From assembly GCA_963754875.1 (NCBI GenBank), contig CAVWHO010000020.1, positions 175,374 to 239,373 on the forward strand: a stretch of 64,000 bases of DNA, read 5' to 3'. Below the pieces are notes generated by a model. The model did no database searches and was not told where the DNA came from. It was given only the letters and a program-made list of their open reading frames with translations. How positions within the stretch are numbered: position 1 is the first letter of the stretch; each line of letters starts with the position of its first letter. A program made the position numbers and the translations under genes. Below, piece by piece: positions 9,020-18,957 of this stretch. This stretch comes from Nitrospirota bacterium. Its GTDB lineage: Bacteria > Nitrospirota > UBA9217.

Positions 9020-10354
9020 ATGCAATCACTTCGACTCAAGACAAAATTTTTTATCGGAACGATCAGCATCGTCGTGCTCCTTGGCCTGGCGATGATCCTG
9101 TTTGTCGAGATTGTCGTGTATAAACAGTTGTATGCCAATCTTGAAAAAAGGGGCATATTCATGGCCCGCAAGATCGCAACGGACAGCATTGACCCCATTT
9201 TGACGGAAAAGTTTTTTGAGCTCCAGATGCTGATCAAGGACCAGAAAAACGCGGAAGATGATATAGAATATATTTTCGTTCAGAATGCACGAGGCGACGT
9301 CCTTGCGCACACGTTTGAACAGGGGTTCCCTGAAGACCTGCGACAGTTGGATGGCACCGGCAACGGCCGTACCAACGAAATCCAGCGTCTCTCCACCGAG
9401 CGGGGCGTAATCCTCGATTTCCCTTCTCCACTGCTCAATGGTACGATCGGTCGGCTGCACTTGGGGCTCTCGGAAGGGCCTGTCAGGGCAGGTGTGAATA
9501 AAGTCGTGGTTCTGTTGATGTGGACCATCGTTGCTGTGCTGATCCTCGGCGGAGGATCGGCCGTGGTCCTTGCCAGGTCGATAACAAAGCCGGTCCACCT
9601 CCTTGCCGTTGCAGCCCAGTCCCTCGAGCACGGCAATCTTAACACCAGGGTTCCGGTCCGCACACAGGACGAGGTAGGACAGCTGGCAATGGCCTTCAAC
9701 AGGATGGCCGAGACCTTGATGTTTGTAAATGATGCTCTTAGTGCCGGTGAAAAAAAGCTACGGGATATCACGTCGCATCTGGCGGAAGGACTCTATGTGA
9801 TGGACTTGAACGGGAAGATCACGTTTATGAATCCGGAGGCTGCGAATCTTCTGGGACGGAGCATGGACGAACTGAATGAGGGCGGACATTTTCTCATTCA
9901 TAACCGAAAAGCCGATGGAACGCCGTTGCCGCTGGAAGAGTGCCGGATGCATAACGTCATCCGTACCGGGATACGATTCGTTTCGACAGAGGAAGTGTTT
10001 ACCCGAAAGGACGGTACGGTCTTTCCGATAGCCGTTGTCAGCAGTCCCCTTTTTGAAGAAGGGAAAATTGTGGGGTCCGTGACAGCTTTCCGGGACATCA
10101 GCAGGCAGAAAGAGCTGGAGCAGGACCGGGACCAGTTGATTCTCGCCTACCGGGATGCCCTTGAACGCGTCAAGACCTTGAAAGGATTCATTCCGATCTG
10201 TTCTTCCTGCAAAAAAATCCGCAACGACAGCGGATTCTGGAGCCAGATCGAAGCATATATCAGCGAGCATTCAGATGTGGAGTTCAGTCACGGCATTTGT
10301 CCGGATTGTGCGCAAAAGCTTTATCCCGAATTTTACAAAGAAAAAGATCCTTAG
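9020..10354 (+). CDS. membrane signalling protein with TM, HAMP, PAS and a C-terminal 4-Cys module, and no kinase or other known output domain
   Basis: Two TM segments, HAMP (VHLLAVAAQSLEHGNLNTRV...), PAS (ITSHLAEGLYVMDLNGKITFMN...), ending IPICSSCKKIRNDSGFWSQIEAYISEHSDVEFSHGICPDCAQK. Starts 6 nt after the upstream stop (translational coupling). Confidence 0.7.
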   Translation: MQSLRLKTKFFIGTISIVVLLGLAMILFVEIVVYKQLYANLEKRGIFMARKIATDSIDPILTEKFFELQMLIKDQKNAEDDIEYIFVQNARGDVLAHTFEQGFPEDLRQLDGTGNGRTNEIQRLSTERGVILDFPSPLLNGTIGRLHLGLSEGPVRAGVNKVVVLLMWTIVAVLILGGGSAVVLARSITKPVHLLAVAAQSLEHGNLNTRVPVRTQDEVGQLAMAFNRMAETLMFVNDALSAGEKKLRDITSHLAEGLYVMDLNGKITFMNPEAANLLGRSMDELNEGGHFLIHNRKADGTPLPLEECRMHNVIRTGIRFVSTEEVFTRKDGTVFPIAVVSSPLFEEGKIVGSVTAFRDISRQKELEQDRDQLILAYRDALERVKTLKGFIPICSSCKKIRNDSGFWSQIEAYISEHSDVEFSHGICPDCAQKLYPEFYKEKDP

Positions 10355-10620
10355 CCTTGGACTTCTTGACCATGAAATAATCATGTCCAGATGCGCTGTT
10401 ATTATCACTAAGCCACGGGGCCCGTCTGTGTTCCACGTCATGCTGCTTTTTCCCGCCTCGCCATCTTCGTTGTCATTGCAAGATGCTTCGAGATAAAGGA
10501 CGTTTCCGATGCCGGCATTTGCTTTGTTCGACAGAATGTGATATTAATCGAATAGGGCAGGGTATGAAACAGGACCTGTGTCTCTTTCCGTCTTTCAAAC
10601 TGGGGGGAGGTATCCATATC

Positions 10621-12243
10621 ATGAAGGCGTCGGACTTGCTTGTCAAATGTCTCGAAAATGAAGGTGTGGAGTATATCTTCGGCATTCCCGGCGAAGAAAC
10701 ACTCGACCTCATGGAGTCGCTCAGGACCTCTCCCATAAAATTTATCATCACCCGTCATGAACAAGCCGCGGCCTTTATGGCGGACGCGTACGGCCGGCTT
10801 ACCGGCAGGGCCGGGGTCTGCATTGCGACGCTGGGACCGGGCGCTACAAACCTTTTGACGGGCGTAGCCGACGCCTATCTCGATGCTTCCCCCGTGGTCG
10901 CGATTACGGGACAGGCCGATCTCAAGCGGATCCACAAGGAATCGCATCAGTACATCAATATCGTCGATATTTACGAGAGCGTGACCAAGTGGAACGGCAG
11001 GATCGAGACGCCGGAAGTCATCCCCGAAATGGTACGGAAGGCCTTCAAACTTGCTGAAGCGGAAAAGCCGGGCCCTACGCACCTGGAGCTTCCCGAGAAC
11101 ATCGCCTCAATGAAAACGCATGAGATGTATGCGGCAATGATCCCGCCCATCAGGGCCAGGAGGAGCTCTCCTGACCGGCAGTCCCTCAGGAAAGCCGCTG
11201 ATTTGATAGAGTCGGCAAATTTCCCCGTCATCCTGGCAGGTCACGGCATTGTTCGCAAGGCGGCAAACGCCCAACTCCAGCAGTTCGCCGAACTGCTGTG
11301 CGTCCCCGTGGTAACAACCTTCATGGGTAAGGGGGCGATCAGCGCTAAAAGCCCGGCCTGCATCGGAAGCCTCGGCCTCTCGAACGACCTCCAGATCGAG
11401 GACGTTTTCAGCCGCGCCGACCTCATCATCGCCGCCGGGTACGGCCTCGTCGAATATGCTCCGAAAAACTGGAACCCGAAAATCGACAAGCGCATCATTC
11501 ACATTGATTTCACGTCGAGCGAGGTCGATCTCCACTACGTGCCCGAGGTCGAGATCGTTTCGGACATCCGGGAGAGCATTGAGCTCCTCGAGGGCATGCT
11601 CAGCACGAACAAGAAGAGCCAGTGCGCCATCGACCTCCATGCCAACTTCCGCGGGGAATTTGAACGCATCGGCTCGGAGAAGACCTGGCCCGTCCGGCCC
11701 CCGCAGGTGTTATACGGCATCAGGAAGGTGCTCGGAGATCCCGATATTTTGATCTCGGACGTGGGAACGTGCAAATTCTGGGCGGCGAAATTCTACCCCG
11801 TCTATGCCAACAATACGTTCATTTTGTCCAACGGATTCGCATCCATGGGGTTTTCCCTCCCGACAGCTATGGTAGCCAAGCTCGTGCACCCCGACCGCAA
11901 GGTGGTCGCCCTCTCCGGAGACGGCGGTTTTCTCATGAACCTGCAGGACCTCGAGACCGCGGTCCGGTTGAAGCTCAACATGGCCATTGTCGTTTTCAAC
12001 GACAGCAGCTACAACCTGATCAAATGGAAATCCATGAAGAAGTTCGGCGCCTCCTATGGCGTCGATTTCACGAACCCTGATTTTATCAAGGTTGCCGACG
12101 GTTTCGGCGCCATCGGCATGAGGCTGAAAACAGCTGAAGACTTTGAGCCCATGCTCCGTGAGGCCCTGACCAGGGACGTGCCGGTCATCATTGACGTTCC
12201 GATCGATTATTCGGACAATGAACTTATTTACAAACTCCTTTAG
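10621..12243 (+). CDS. alsS: thiamine-pyrophosphate enzyme, catabolic acetolactate synthase (AlsS)-like
   Basis: HEQAAAFMADAYGRLTGRAGVCIATLGPGATNL and C-terminal VPVIIDVPIDYSDN closely parallel B. subtilis AlsS. RBS GGGGGAGG is before the ATG at 10621; the ORF-track start at 10483 lacks an RBS. Confidence 0.75.
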   Translation: MKASDLLVKCLENEGVEYIFGIPGEETLDLMESLRTSPIKFIITRHEQAAAFMADAYGRLTGRAGVCIATLGPGATNLLTGVADAYLDASPVVAITGQADLKRIHKESHQYINIVDIYESVTKWNGRIETPEVIPEMVRKAFKLAEAEKPGPTHLELPENIASMKTHEMYAAMIPPIRARRSSPDRQSLRKAADLIESANFPVILAGHGIVRKAANAQLQQFAELLCVPVVTTFMGKGAISAKSPACIGSLGLSNDLQIEDVFSRADLIIAAGYGLVEYAPKNWNPKIDKRIIHIDFTSSEVDLHYVPEVEIVSDIRESIELLEGMLSTNKKSQCAIDLHANFRGEFERIGSEKTWPVRPPQVLYGIRKVLGDPDILISDVGTCKFWAAKFYPVYANNTFILSNGFASMGFSLPTAMVAKLVHPDRKVVALSGDGGFLMNLQDLETAVRLKLNMAIVVFNDSSYNLIKWKSMKKFGASYGVDFTNPDFIKVADGFGAIGMRLKTAEDFEPMLREALTRDVPVIIDVPIDYSDNELIYKLL

Positions 12244-12301
12244 AGTGAGCGTCGGGAATCATCAAAGAAATGACGCAAGAAGGCAAAGAGGTGCTTAAAC
12301 C

Positions 12302-12781
12302 ATGAAATGGGCTGTGCTTTTGCTTTTTGGAACTATCGGCTTGGCCTCGCTTGTCAGCGGGACAAGGTGGGGACTTGAATCCTACCCCCTTTATCGTGAC
12401 AGCGTGCCGACCCAGGGCACGGTCGTCGATCAGTACCAGAAAAAGGACGATAAAACATCGGAGGTCGTGTATTTCCCGGTGATAGAATTTTCCACTTCGG
12501 GCATGGAAAAAGTTCGCTTCCGGGGCAGTGCAGGGTCCTTCAGCAGCCCCGGATATGAGTTGGGAACTGTGGTCGATGTCCTTTATGATCCCCGCAATCC
12601 TGCGAACGCGAAGATGGGCAGCATTAAGCAATTGTGGATGGGACCCTTAACAGCAGCGGGCATCGGGCTTGTGCTTTTGCTGCTGAGCATAGTTCTTTTC
12701 GTGAAAATCGGAAGCTTTGAAAAACATCTCCGATCCATGCGACCTCGTACAAAAGAGGACAGGGGGGAGCGAACGGTTTAA
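12302..12781 (+). CDS. DUF3592-family membrane protein
   Basis: TM, beta-rich domain (EVVYFPVIEFSTSGMEKVRF...VVDVLYDPRNP), then TM; typical DUF3592 pattern. Confidence 0.6.
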   Translation: MKWAVLLLFGTIGLASLVSGTRWGLESYPLYRDSVPTQGTVVDQYQKKDDKTSEVVYFPVIEFSTSGMEKVRFRGSAGSFSSPGYELGTVVDVLYDPRNPANAKMGSIKQLWMGPLTAAGIGLVLLLLSIVLFVKIGSFEKHLRSMRPRTKEDRGERTV

Positions 12782-12980
12782 AAGGCCGTACAACCTTGTT
12801 CATCCACTTCAACGAGTTTTTTCCTTATCGAACACCGTTTCCCTCTCGAAGCCGCCATCCGACTGACTGTGCGCGGGTATTCATTGTATATATAAAAAAT
12901 AAACAAATTGTATAATAAATTAACAGATCTGAACGCTCCCCTTTGGTAAACCCTCTGAATTTGCCGTTGTTTTCGCTGGC

Positions 12981-13003
12981 ATGCACGTTGCTATAACGTG
13001 CAT
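12981..13003. promoter_or_regulatory. perfect 9-bp-arm palindrome (atgcacgtt-gctat-aacgtgcat), candidate operator ~115 nt upstream of the sulfite-reductase-like gene
   Basis: Read directly. It lies just downstream of a TGTATAAT-like -10 element at ~12905. Confidence 0.4.
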
Positions 13004-13116
13004 AGCATCAATGCCGCGATGTGCGAAAGCATGAAGTGGGCCCCTTCCTCCCCTTAGGCAGTTCTTGCTTCGTGCCTTCACAACGCTGCGGCATACTTCT
13101 CTGAGAGGTGACAAAA

Positions 13117-14261
13117 TGAGCGAAGTTGCTGCGCAGGTTTCCGTCGACGAACTGAAACGGGTCGGGATCATCGGCCAGAAACAGAAGGATTTTTATCTCA
13201 TTCGACTTCGGACCGTGGGCGGCGGAATGACCGCCGAGGAACTGAACACGGTCTCGGAGGTCTCGCGGAAATACGGGAACGGGCAGGTGCACCTCACGAC
13301 ACGCCAGGCAATCGAGATCCACAACATCCATGTCGAGAATCTTCAGGCCGCCCGTGAGGAAATAGAGGCGTGTGGGATCGTGCTTGGCGTATGCGGGCCG
13401 CGCGGCAGGGGGATCGTGGCCTGCCCCGGAAACGCAACATGCACCTCGGGTCTGATCGAAACCAGGGAACTGGCCGCAGAGTTCGACGAGGCCTATCTGC
13501 GCATGCCTGCTCCGCACAAGTTCAAAATCGGCATTTCCGGTTGCCCGAACAATTGTTCTAAACCTATTGAGAACGATGTCGGCATTATGGGCGGCGTACT
13601 GCCGCGTTGGCACAAGGACACCTGCACTGCCTGCCAGCTCTGCGTAAACATTTGTCCAACCAGGGCGATCGAGCAAAAAGGCGGGGATTTTGTCCTCGAC
13701 AGCGGCAAGTGCCTCCTGTGCGGGCTTTGCATCAGTAACTGCCCGTCGTCGACATGGACTGCAGAGAAGACCGGTTACACGCTCTATCTCGGCGGGACCA
13801 TGGGCAAGAAACCCCGCCTCGGGACCAGGGCAAAAGTATTAATTGAAACAAAGGAAGAGCTTGTAGCTGCGGTCCGCAAGGCGTTCGACTTTTACGTTGC
13901 CCACGGCAGGAAAAAAGAGCGTTTCGGCCACACCCTCGACAGGATCGGAGTGGACCAGGCTTTTGCCCAAATCTTTTCAGACAAGACTGAAAAGCCGGTG
14001 TCAGCACAGGATTCTACGGCAGCGTCACCAATAAAAAGGAACCTCCTCGACCTGAGAGGCGTCTGCTGTCCCATGAATTTCGTGAAGGCAAAACTTGCAA
14101 TGGACAAGATCAGGAACGGCGAAACGATTGAGTTTTACCTTGACGATGGGGAGCCGATCGTAAATGTCACCCGCAGTCTCAAAGATGAGGGACATCAGGT
14201 GCTGAGTGTAGTGCCGCAGGACGCATATTTCAAAGTACTGGTCGAGAAGAAGATCTCCTGA
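13117..14261 (+). CDS. sulfite/nitrite-reductase-family protein (ferredoxin-like half domain, siroheme-type 4Fe-4S site and 2x[4Fe-4S] ferredoxin insert; AsrC/DsrA-like) fused to a C-terminal TusA-like domain
   Basis: CPGNATCTSG...GCPNNC siroheme/FeS motifs. CTACQLCVNICP and CLLCGLCISNCP are ferredoxin motifs. C-terminal LDLRGVCCPMNFVKAKLAMDKIRNGETIEFYLDD is a TusA/SirA-like fold. RBS GAGAGGTG is before the ATG at 13117. Confidence 0.7.
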
Positions 14262-14458
14262 GAGGATGAACACCCTTTTGGTTTCCCCGCGGGAGTTCAG
14301 GGACGTTGGCGCAGAAATTGATTCTTTAGGGGTTCGACGTGCTGCGTTCGATTTTACCGGAACGGCCTGAAAGCGGGGGAAATCAAGGTGGACGGAGAAG
14401 GAGAAAAAGGCTGATTGTCTGTCGAATGCGGGGCCTGGGGTACTGAAGGCTGTCGCCG

Positions 14459-14998
14459 TTACAACACCTTTCCCATAAGCACTTCACTGATGAAATCCCT
14501 GCCCATCCGTATCCTGTTCTTCCTTACACCTTCTTCAATGAAGCCGGCCTTCTTGAACATGCTGAGAGAGCGCTGATTTGTCGTGAAGATATTTGCCTCC
14601 AGTTTTTTGAACCCCATCTCGGTGGCCCATTCTATCGAATAGTTGAGCAGGTTTGCCCCGATGCCGAGCCCCCGGAACTTCTCTTTCAAATGAAGCCCGA
14701 TGTGCAGAATGTGGGCTGTTTCCGGCCTCATCCCGGCATCTGCCTGCAAAGCCGCCAGGCAACCGACGACCTCATCGCCTGCTGAAGCAACGATGAGAAG
14801 GTTGCTCGTGCGCTCCAGTCCGCTTATATATTCTCTCTCCGACGCGGAATCCTTGCCATACTGCTCCATGAGGACATAACTGCGCTCATTTGCATTTGAT
14901 CGCACGGTGTCAATGATGGCGCAGGAATCATCAGGCTGGGCCGGCCTGATCGTTATTTCCGACCCGTCTTTTGCCATGAACGTCCTGATCGTGTGCAT
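14459..14998 (-). CDS. GNAT-family N-acetyltransferase
   Basis: Acetyl-CoA binding motif region (FRGLGIGANLLNYSIEWA). Confidence 0.7.
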   Translation of the reverse strand: MHTIRTFMAKDGSEITIRPAQPDDSCAIIDTVRSNANERSYVLMEQYGKDSASEREYISGLERTSNLLIVASAGDEVVGCLAALQADAGMRPETAHILHIGLHLKEKFRGLGIGANLLNYSIEWATEMGFKKLEANIFTTNQRSLSMFKKAGFIEEGVRKNRIRMGRDFISEVLMGKVL

Positions 14999-15041
14999 GG
15001 TCCCCTCCTTGCGGCCTCTATGAATTTGATTATATACCTGA

Positions 15042-15091
15042 ATCCCGCGACTTGCAATCCCCAGGCTCCTGCCGGAGGGGCTCCACTCGCA
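15042..15091 (+). repeat. ~50-nt dispersed repeat, copy A (atcccgcgacttgcaatccccaggctcctgccggagggg...)
   Basis: About 85% identical to 24279..24334, in the same orientation. Confidence 0.7.
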
Positions 15092-15342
15092 GCGATCACG
15101 ATGCGTAATGAGAAAAAATGATGCTCAACCGTTGAATGCCAATACCTCGGATCAACGGTCAAGCCATTGATCGACCTGATCGACCCGGCCCCGAGTATTA
15201 TTTTGGAATTTGCAACGGCTCGTCTACGGGGAAACTTTTGAGGGCATGCTCTTGGCGAGTACGGTGTACGGCTGGGATAAAATATCGCGGCAGGACGGGC
15301 GTTGAAAACAACACCCGGCCTGCCTTGTTCGGGGATCCTGTT

Positions 15343-15534
15343 TTACGGTTTCTTTTCTTCCAGTTTTTTCGCTTCTACCGTGTCTTCTTCCTTCTCAGAC
15401 ATGGCTTTCTTGAATCCCCGGATGCTTTTCCCGAGGCTTTCCCCGAGTGCCGGCAATTTCCCCGGGCCGAAGATGATCAAGACGATTACGAGAATCAAAA
15501 GCAAATGCATTGGCTGAAATAGTCCTCTACCCAT
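15343..15534 (-). CDS. tatA: twin-arginine translocase subunit TatA/E (paralog 1)
   Basis: MGRGLFQPMHLLLILVIVLIIFGPGKLPALGESLG is a TatA TM-hinge-amphipathic helix. GGAG RBS before the internal ATG; the ORF could begin 5 codons earlier. Confidence 0.85.
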   Translation of the reverse strand: MGRGLFQPMHLLLILVIVLIIFGPGKLPALGESLGKSIRGFKKAMSEKEEDTVEAKKLEEKKP

Positions 15535-15557
15535 GGTAGCACCCTCCAATATTCAGG

Positions 15558-15809
15558 TTACTTTTTTATATCGCGCGAAGATCGCGTCTTCTTTTTCAAC
15601 GACGTTAAAATAAACATCACGAGGATCAGTATCCAGACAAATTTTAATGTTAAAAGAGTGAACGATAAATAGATAAATTGCTTTATCGACTTTAACGCTA
15701 AACCTGCAGCCACGATGAGGCCGCCGATAAGTAATATTCTATCAAATTTCATATCACACAATGAGGAAAACGACGTGTATACTGTAAATCTTTTTCCTTT
15801 GTTCTGCAA
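15558..15809 (-). CDS. hypothetical small membrane protein
   Basis: 83-aa hydrophobic ORF directly downstream of tatA; AT-rich; no motif. Confidence 0.3.
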   Translation of the reverse strand: MQNKGKRFTVYTSFSSLCDMKFDRILLIGGLIVAAGLALKSIKQFIYLSFTLLTLKFVWILILVMFILTSLKKKTRSSRDIKK

Positions 15810-15870
15810 CCTCTTTTTTCACATTGAGAAACGCCTTTACAACGCACCCGGCAGTTTTATGTTCATACGC

Positions 15871-17232
15871 TCACTCGCTTTCTAACCCATACTTCTTGAG
15901 CTTTCTCCAGAGGGAGACGCGATCTATGCCCAGTATCTGAGCGGCGAGGGTCTTGTTGCCGCCGACCTCGTTCAGCACCCACTTGATATAGGCTTCTTCC
16001 TGTTCATCGAGCGACGGAATTTTGCCTTCCTTTTTTCGGAACGTTTTGATGCTGAGTTCCCGCAGGTCCTCGGGCAGGTGGCCGGTCTCGATCGCTCCGC
16101 CGTTCGCGAGCGCCACGCCCCGCTCCATGATGTTCTCTAGTTCCCGTACATTGCCGGGAAAGTCGTAGTGCATGAGCAGGGCGATCACTTCTTCCGCGAT
16201 TTCGGTGACCTCTTTCTTCATAAGCACCGCATATTTTTTGAGGAAGTAGTAGGAAAGGAGGGGGATATCGTCCTTGCGTTCGACGAGCGGCGGGATGCGA
16301 AGCGAAACGACGTTCAGCCTGAAGTACAGGTCCTGACGGAATGAACCGCTTTTCATCGAATCGTGAATGTCCCTGTTCGTTGCCGCTACGAACCGTACGT
16401 CTACCTTGAGCGGGTCAATGCCCCCGACGCGCAGCACTTCCTTCTCCTGGATCACGCGCAGCAGTTTTACCTGCATGGACTGCGGCATCTCGGTCACTTC
16501 GTCCATGAACAGGGTGCCGCCCGACGCCATCTCGATCAGTCCCTTTTTCATGGCGCTCGCGCCGGTGAAGGCGCCCTTTTCGTGCCCGAACAGCTCGTTT
16601 GACAACAGCTCCTCGGTGAAGGCCCCGCAGTTGATGGCAAAGAAGGGGCCTTCCATGCGCTTGCTGTTAAGGTGGATGTATCGCGCGAAGAGTTCTTTGC
16701 CGGTTCCACTTTCTCCGGTGATCAGCACATTGCAGTCCGTGGGCGCGATTTGGCGCGCGGTCTCAAGCAGCTTCTGCATCGACGGGTCCTGGGTGATGAT
16801 CTTGACCTTGCCCTGGTAGCTTTCGAGTTGCTCGCGGAGGTGACGGTTCTCGGTCTTGAGCCTCACCTTATGCACGGCCTCCGACACGACCTTTCGCACT
16901 TCCTCCAGTTTAAACGGTTTCGCAATGTAGTAGAACGCCCCATCCTTCATGGTCTCAACGGCAGAGTCGAGCGTTGCATAACCCGTGATCATGACGACTT
17001 CCGTGTCCGGGTAAAGCTCGCGGGTCTTTTTTAGGATCTGCATGCCGTCTACTTTTTCCATACGGAGGTCTGTGAGCACGACGTCGAACTGCCGGTCTTC
17101 GAGAAGTTTAAGGGCGTTTGTTCCGCTCTGCGTGGCCGTAACGTCGTATCCTTCTTTTTTCATCACGTGCTCAAGGTTCCTGAGGGCTATCCGTTCGTCG
17201 TCGATGATGAGCAACTTACCTGAATCGGGCAT
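15871..17232 (-). CDS. sigma-54-dependent two-component response regulator (NtrC family: REC-AAA+-HTH)
   Basis: Receiver domain with DDERIAL...VLTDLRMEKVDG. GESGTGKELFARYIH, GAFTGA, C-terminal Fis HTH. Confidence 0.9.
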   Translation of the reverse strand: MPDSGKLLIIDDERIALRNLEHVMKKEGYDVTATQSGTNALKLLEDRQFDVVLTDLRMEKVDGMQILKKTRELYPDTEVVMITGYATLDSAVETMKDGAFYYIAKPFKLEEVRKVVSEAVHKVRLKTENRHLREQLESYQGKVKIITQDPSMQKLLETARQIAPTDCNVLITGESGTGKELFARYIHLNSKRMEGPFFAINCGAFTEELLSNELFGHEKGAFTGASAMKKGLIEMASGGTLFMDEVTEMPQSMQVKLLRVIQEKEVLRVGGIDPLKVDVRFVAATNRDIHDSMKSGSFRQDLYFRLNVVSLRIPPLVERKDDIPLLSYYFLKKYAVLMKKEVTEIAEEVIALLMHYDFPGNVRELENIMERGVALANGGAIETGHLPEDLRELSIKTFRKKEGKIPSLDEQEEAYIKWVLNEVGGNKTLAAQILGIDRVSLWRKLKKYGLESE

Positions 17233-17349
17233 GAATATGACTCCTTGTCAAATCTTGTGAGGACCAGAGGAACGTCTATCTGGTTCATGATGCAATCTCT
17301 GTACTTCCCCTGCCTGTAACTGAGACATCTTCTGTGATTCGTTTCTTCT

Positions 17350-18874
17350 TTAGTACTTCATCGGCAGCCGGATTAAAAAGCTCGTCCCTTTACCGGCCTC
17401 GCTGTCAACGGCGATACACCCGTCATGTTCCTCGATGATCTCATGGACGATGTACAGGCCGAGGCCCGAACCCTTTCCCACGTCTTTGGTAGTGAAGAAG
17501 GGGTCGAAAATCTTGGGAATGATGTCGACCGGGATGCCGGGACCGGTGTCCCTGATCTCGATGTCGACGGTGTCCTGGTCAAGCGTGCACTTGCCGCCGT
17601 ATTTCAGGTAATTATAAATACCGATCTTTCCGTCTTCAACGTCGTCCAGTGCCCTGCGTTTCTCCGCCTTGATCGTTACCGACCCTTCGGCAGACGTTAT
17701 GGCTTCAATAGCGTTCTTGATCAGGTTCAGGAACGCCTGCTGGATCCGCTGCTTGTCCGCGAAGATCACGATATCGTCGGGAACTGCAACGGTGATTGCG
17801 ATCCTGGTCGGGACCTGGCCCTTGATGAACTGGATCGTTTCCTCAAAGATCTTTTTGAGTACCAGCGACTCTTTCGTGAACTCCCGGTCCCGGGAAAAGT
17901 CGAGCAGGGAGCGGACGATATTTCGCGCCCGGTCTGTTTGATCGTTGATCTGATTGATCAGTTCCTGAACAAAATCAGGGTCTACGGGCCAGGAGACGTC
18001 CGCCTGTTTGCCGCGTGCTTCTTTCACTTCTTCCGCCAGGATCTGGTTCGACGTCGAGATGTTCGAAAGCGGATTGTTCAGCTCGTGGGCCACGCCGGAG
18101 AGGAGCGTGCCCAGGGACGCGAGCTTCTCGGACTGGATGAGGTGCCGCTCGTGCAGCTCCAACTCCTTCAGCATCTTATTGAAGGCCCGTGTCAGCGAGG
18201 CGATTTCCCGGTCTTTCGAGTCAATGGCAATGCGTTCAAACTTGCCTTCCGCGATGATGCCCATGCTCTCTTCAAGAGATTTCAACGGCTTCACCACCAT
18301 CCGGGACAGGATCTGGCCGATGACGATCACGGCGACGGACAGGATCAGGATCGAGATGACCAGGATGAGCTGAGAGTTCTTCAGCAGCAGCTGCAGGCTC
18401 CTCCGTTCGGTTTTAGCGATATCTTCCGCGGCCGTGATGATGTCCTTGCCCGTAGCACGGATATTGCCGGCGAGCATGAGCTTCCGTGCACTGCTATGCC
18501 TGCCTGCGAGTGCGTACTCTTCCATGAGCTCCCGATAGGTTTTCAAGCCGACCTGAAGCGACGATATCTGTTGCGACGAAGCAAAAGCCCTGAACCCGCG
18601 GATGTTGCGGTCGATGAGGTCCTGTGCCCGGGCAACGTACTGCACGTTTTCGTCATAGTCCGATTGCTGCTCGTAGAGAAAGAAATTCTTCTCGAATCGC
18701 CTGATCTTCGAGCGTCGTATCGAAAAACTCGGAGATCGCCTCGCCGACGATGATCTTCCGTTCCACGAACCGGAGTTCGAGATAGGTGAAGATCGTCAGA
18801 CCGATGATCAGGGCGACGATCGCATAGTAGCCCAGGGTGATCTTCTGTCGTATGCTGGGTTGATAATTGAACAT
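17350..18874 (-). CDS. sensor histidine kinase (TM-periplasmic domain-TM-HAMP-HisKA-HATPase) whose reading frame is interrupted near 18646..18655
   Basis: HELNNPLSNIS H-box. DTGPGIP...GSGLGLYIV G-boxes. The 73-aa ORF 18653..18874 carries TM1 and the start of the sensor domain, and the 431-aa ORF carries the rest. The two are offset by a frame change, and the downstream ORF begins with GTG at 18643. Confidence 0.75.
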
Positions 18875-18896
18875 GGTTTTCGCAAAGAGAGCTTTA

Positions 18897-18957
18897 CGTC
18901 TCAGGTCTCAAGTTTCTGGTTTTAAACTTGAGACTTGAAACTGGAGACTTGAGACAT
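18897..18957. repeat. cluster of GTCTCAAGTTT / AAACTTGAGAC motifs, including an 11-bp-arm palindrome
   Basis: gtctcaggtctcaagtttctggttttaaacttgagacttgaaactggagacttgagac. It shares a 15-mer with 21981..22030. Confidence 0.7.

Noticed and set aside
10483-10620. N-terminal extension of the AlsS-like ORF (46 extra codons)
   Set aside because: No RBS. The conserved thiamine-pyrophosphate (TPP)-enzyme N-terminus and a GGAGG RBS support the ATG at 10621.
15290-15342. Terminator downstream of tatA paralog 1 (minus strand)
   Set aside because: Only a 4-bp CCCG/CGGG stem with a broken T-tract, which is too weak to report.
17425-18753. 442-aa ORF antisense to the sensor histidine kinase
   Set aside because: Shadow ORF in high-GC DNA. 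The kinase frame carries the clear H-box and G-box motifs.
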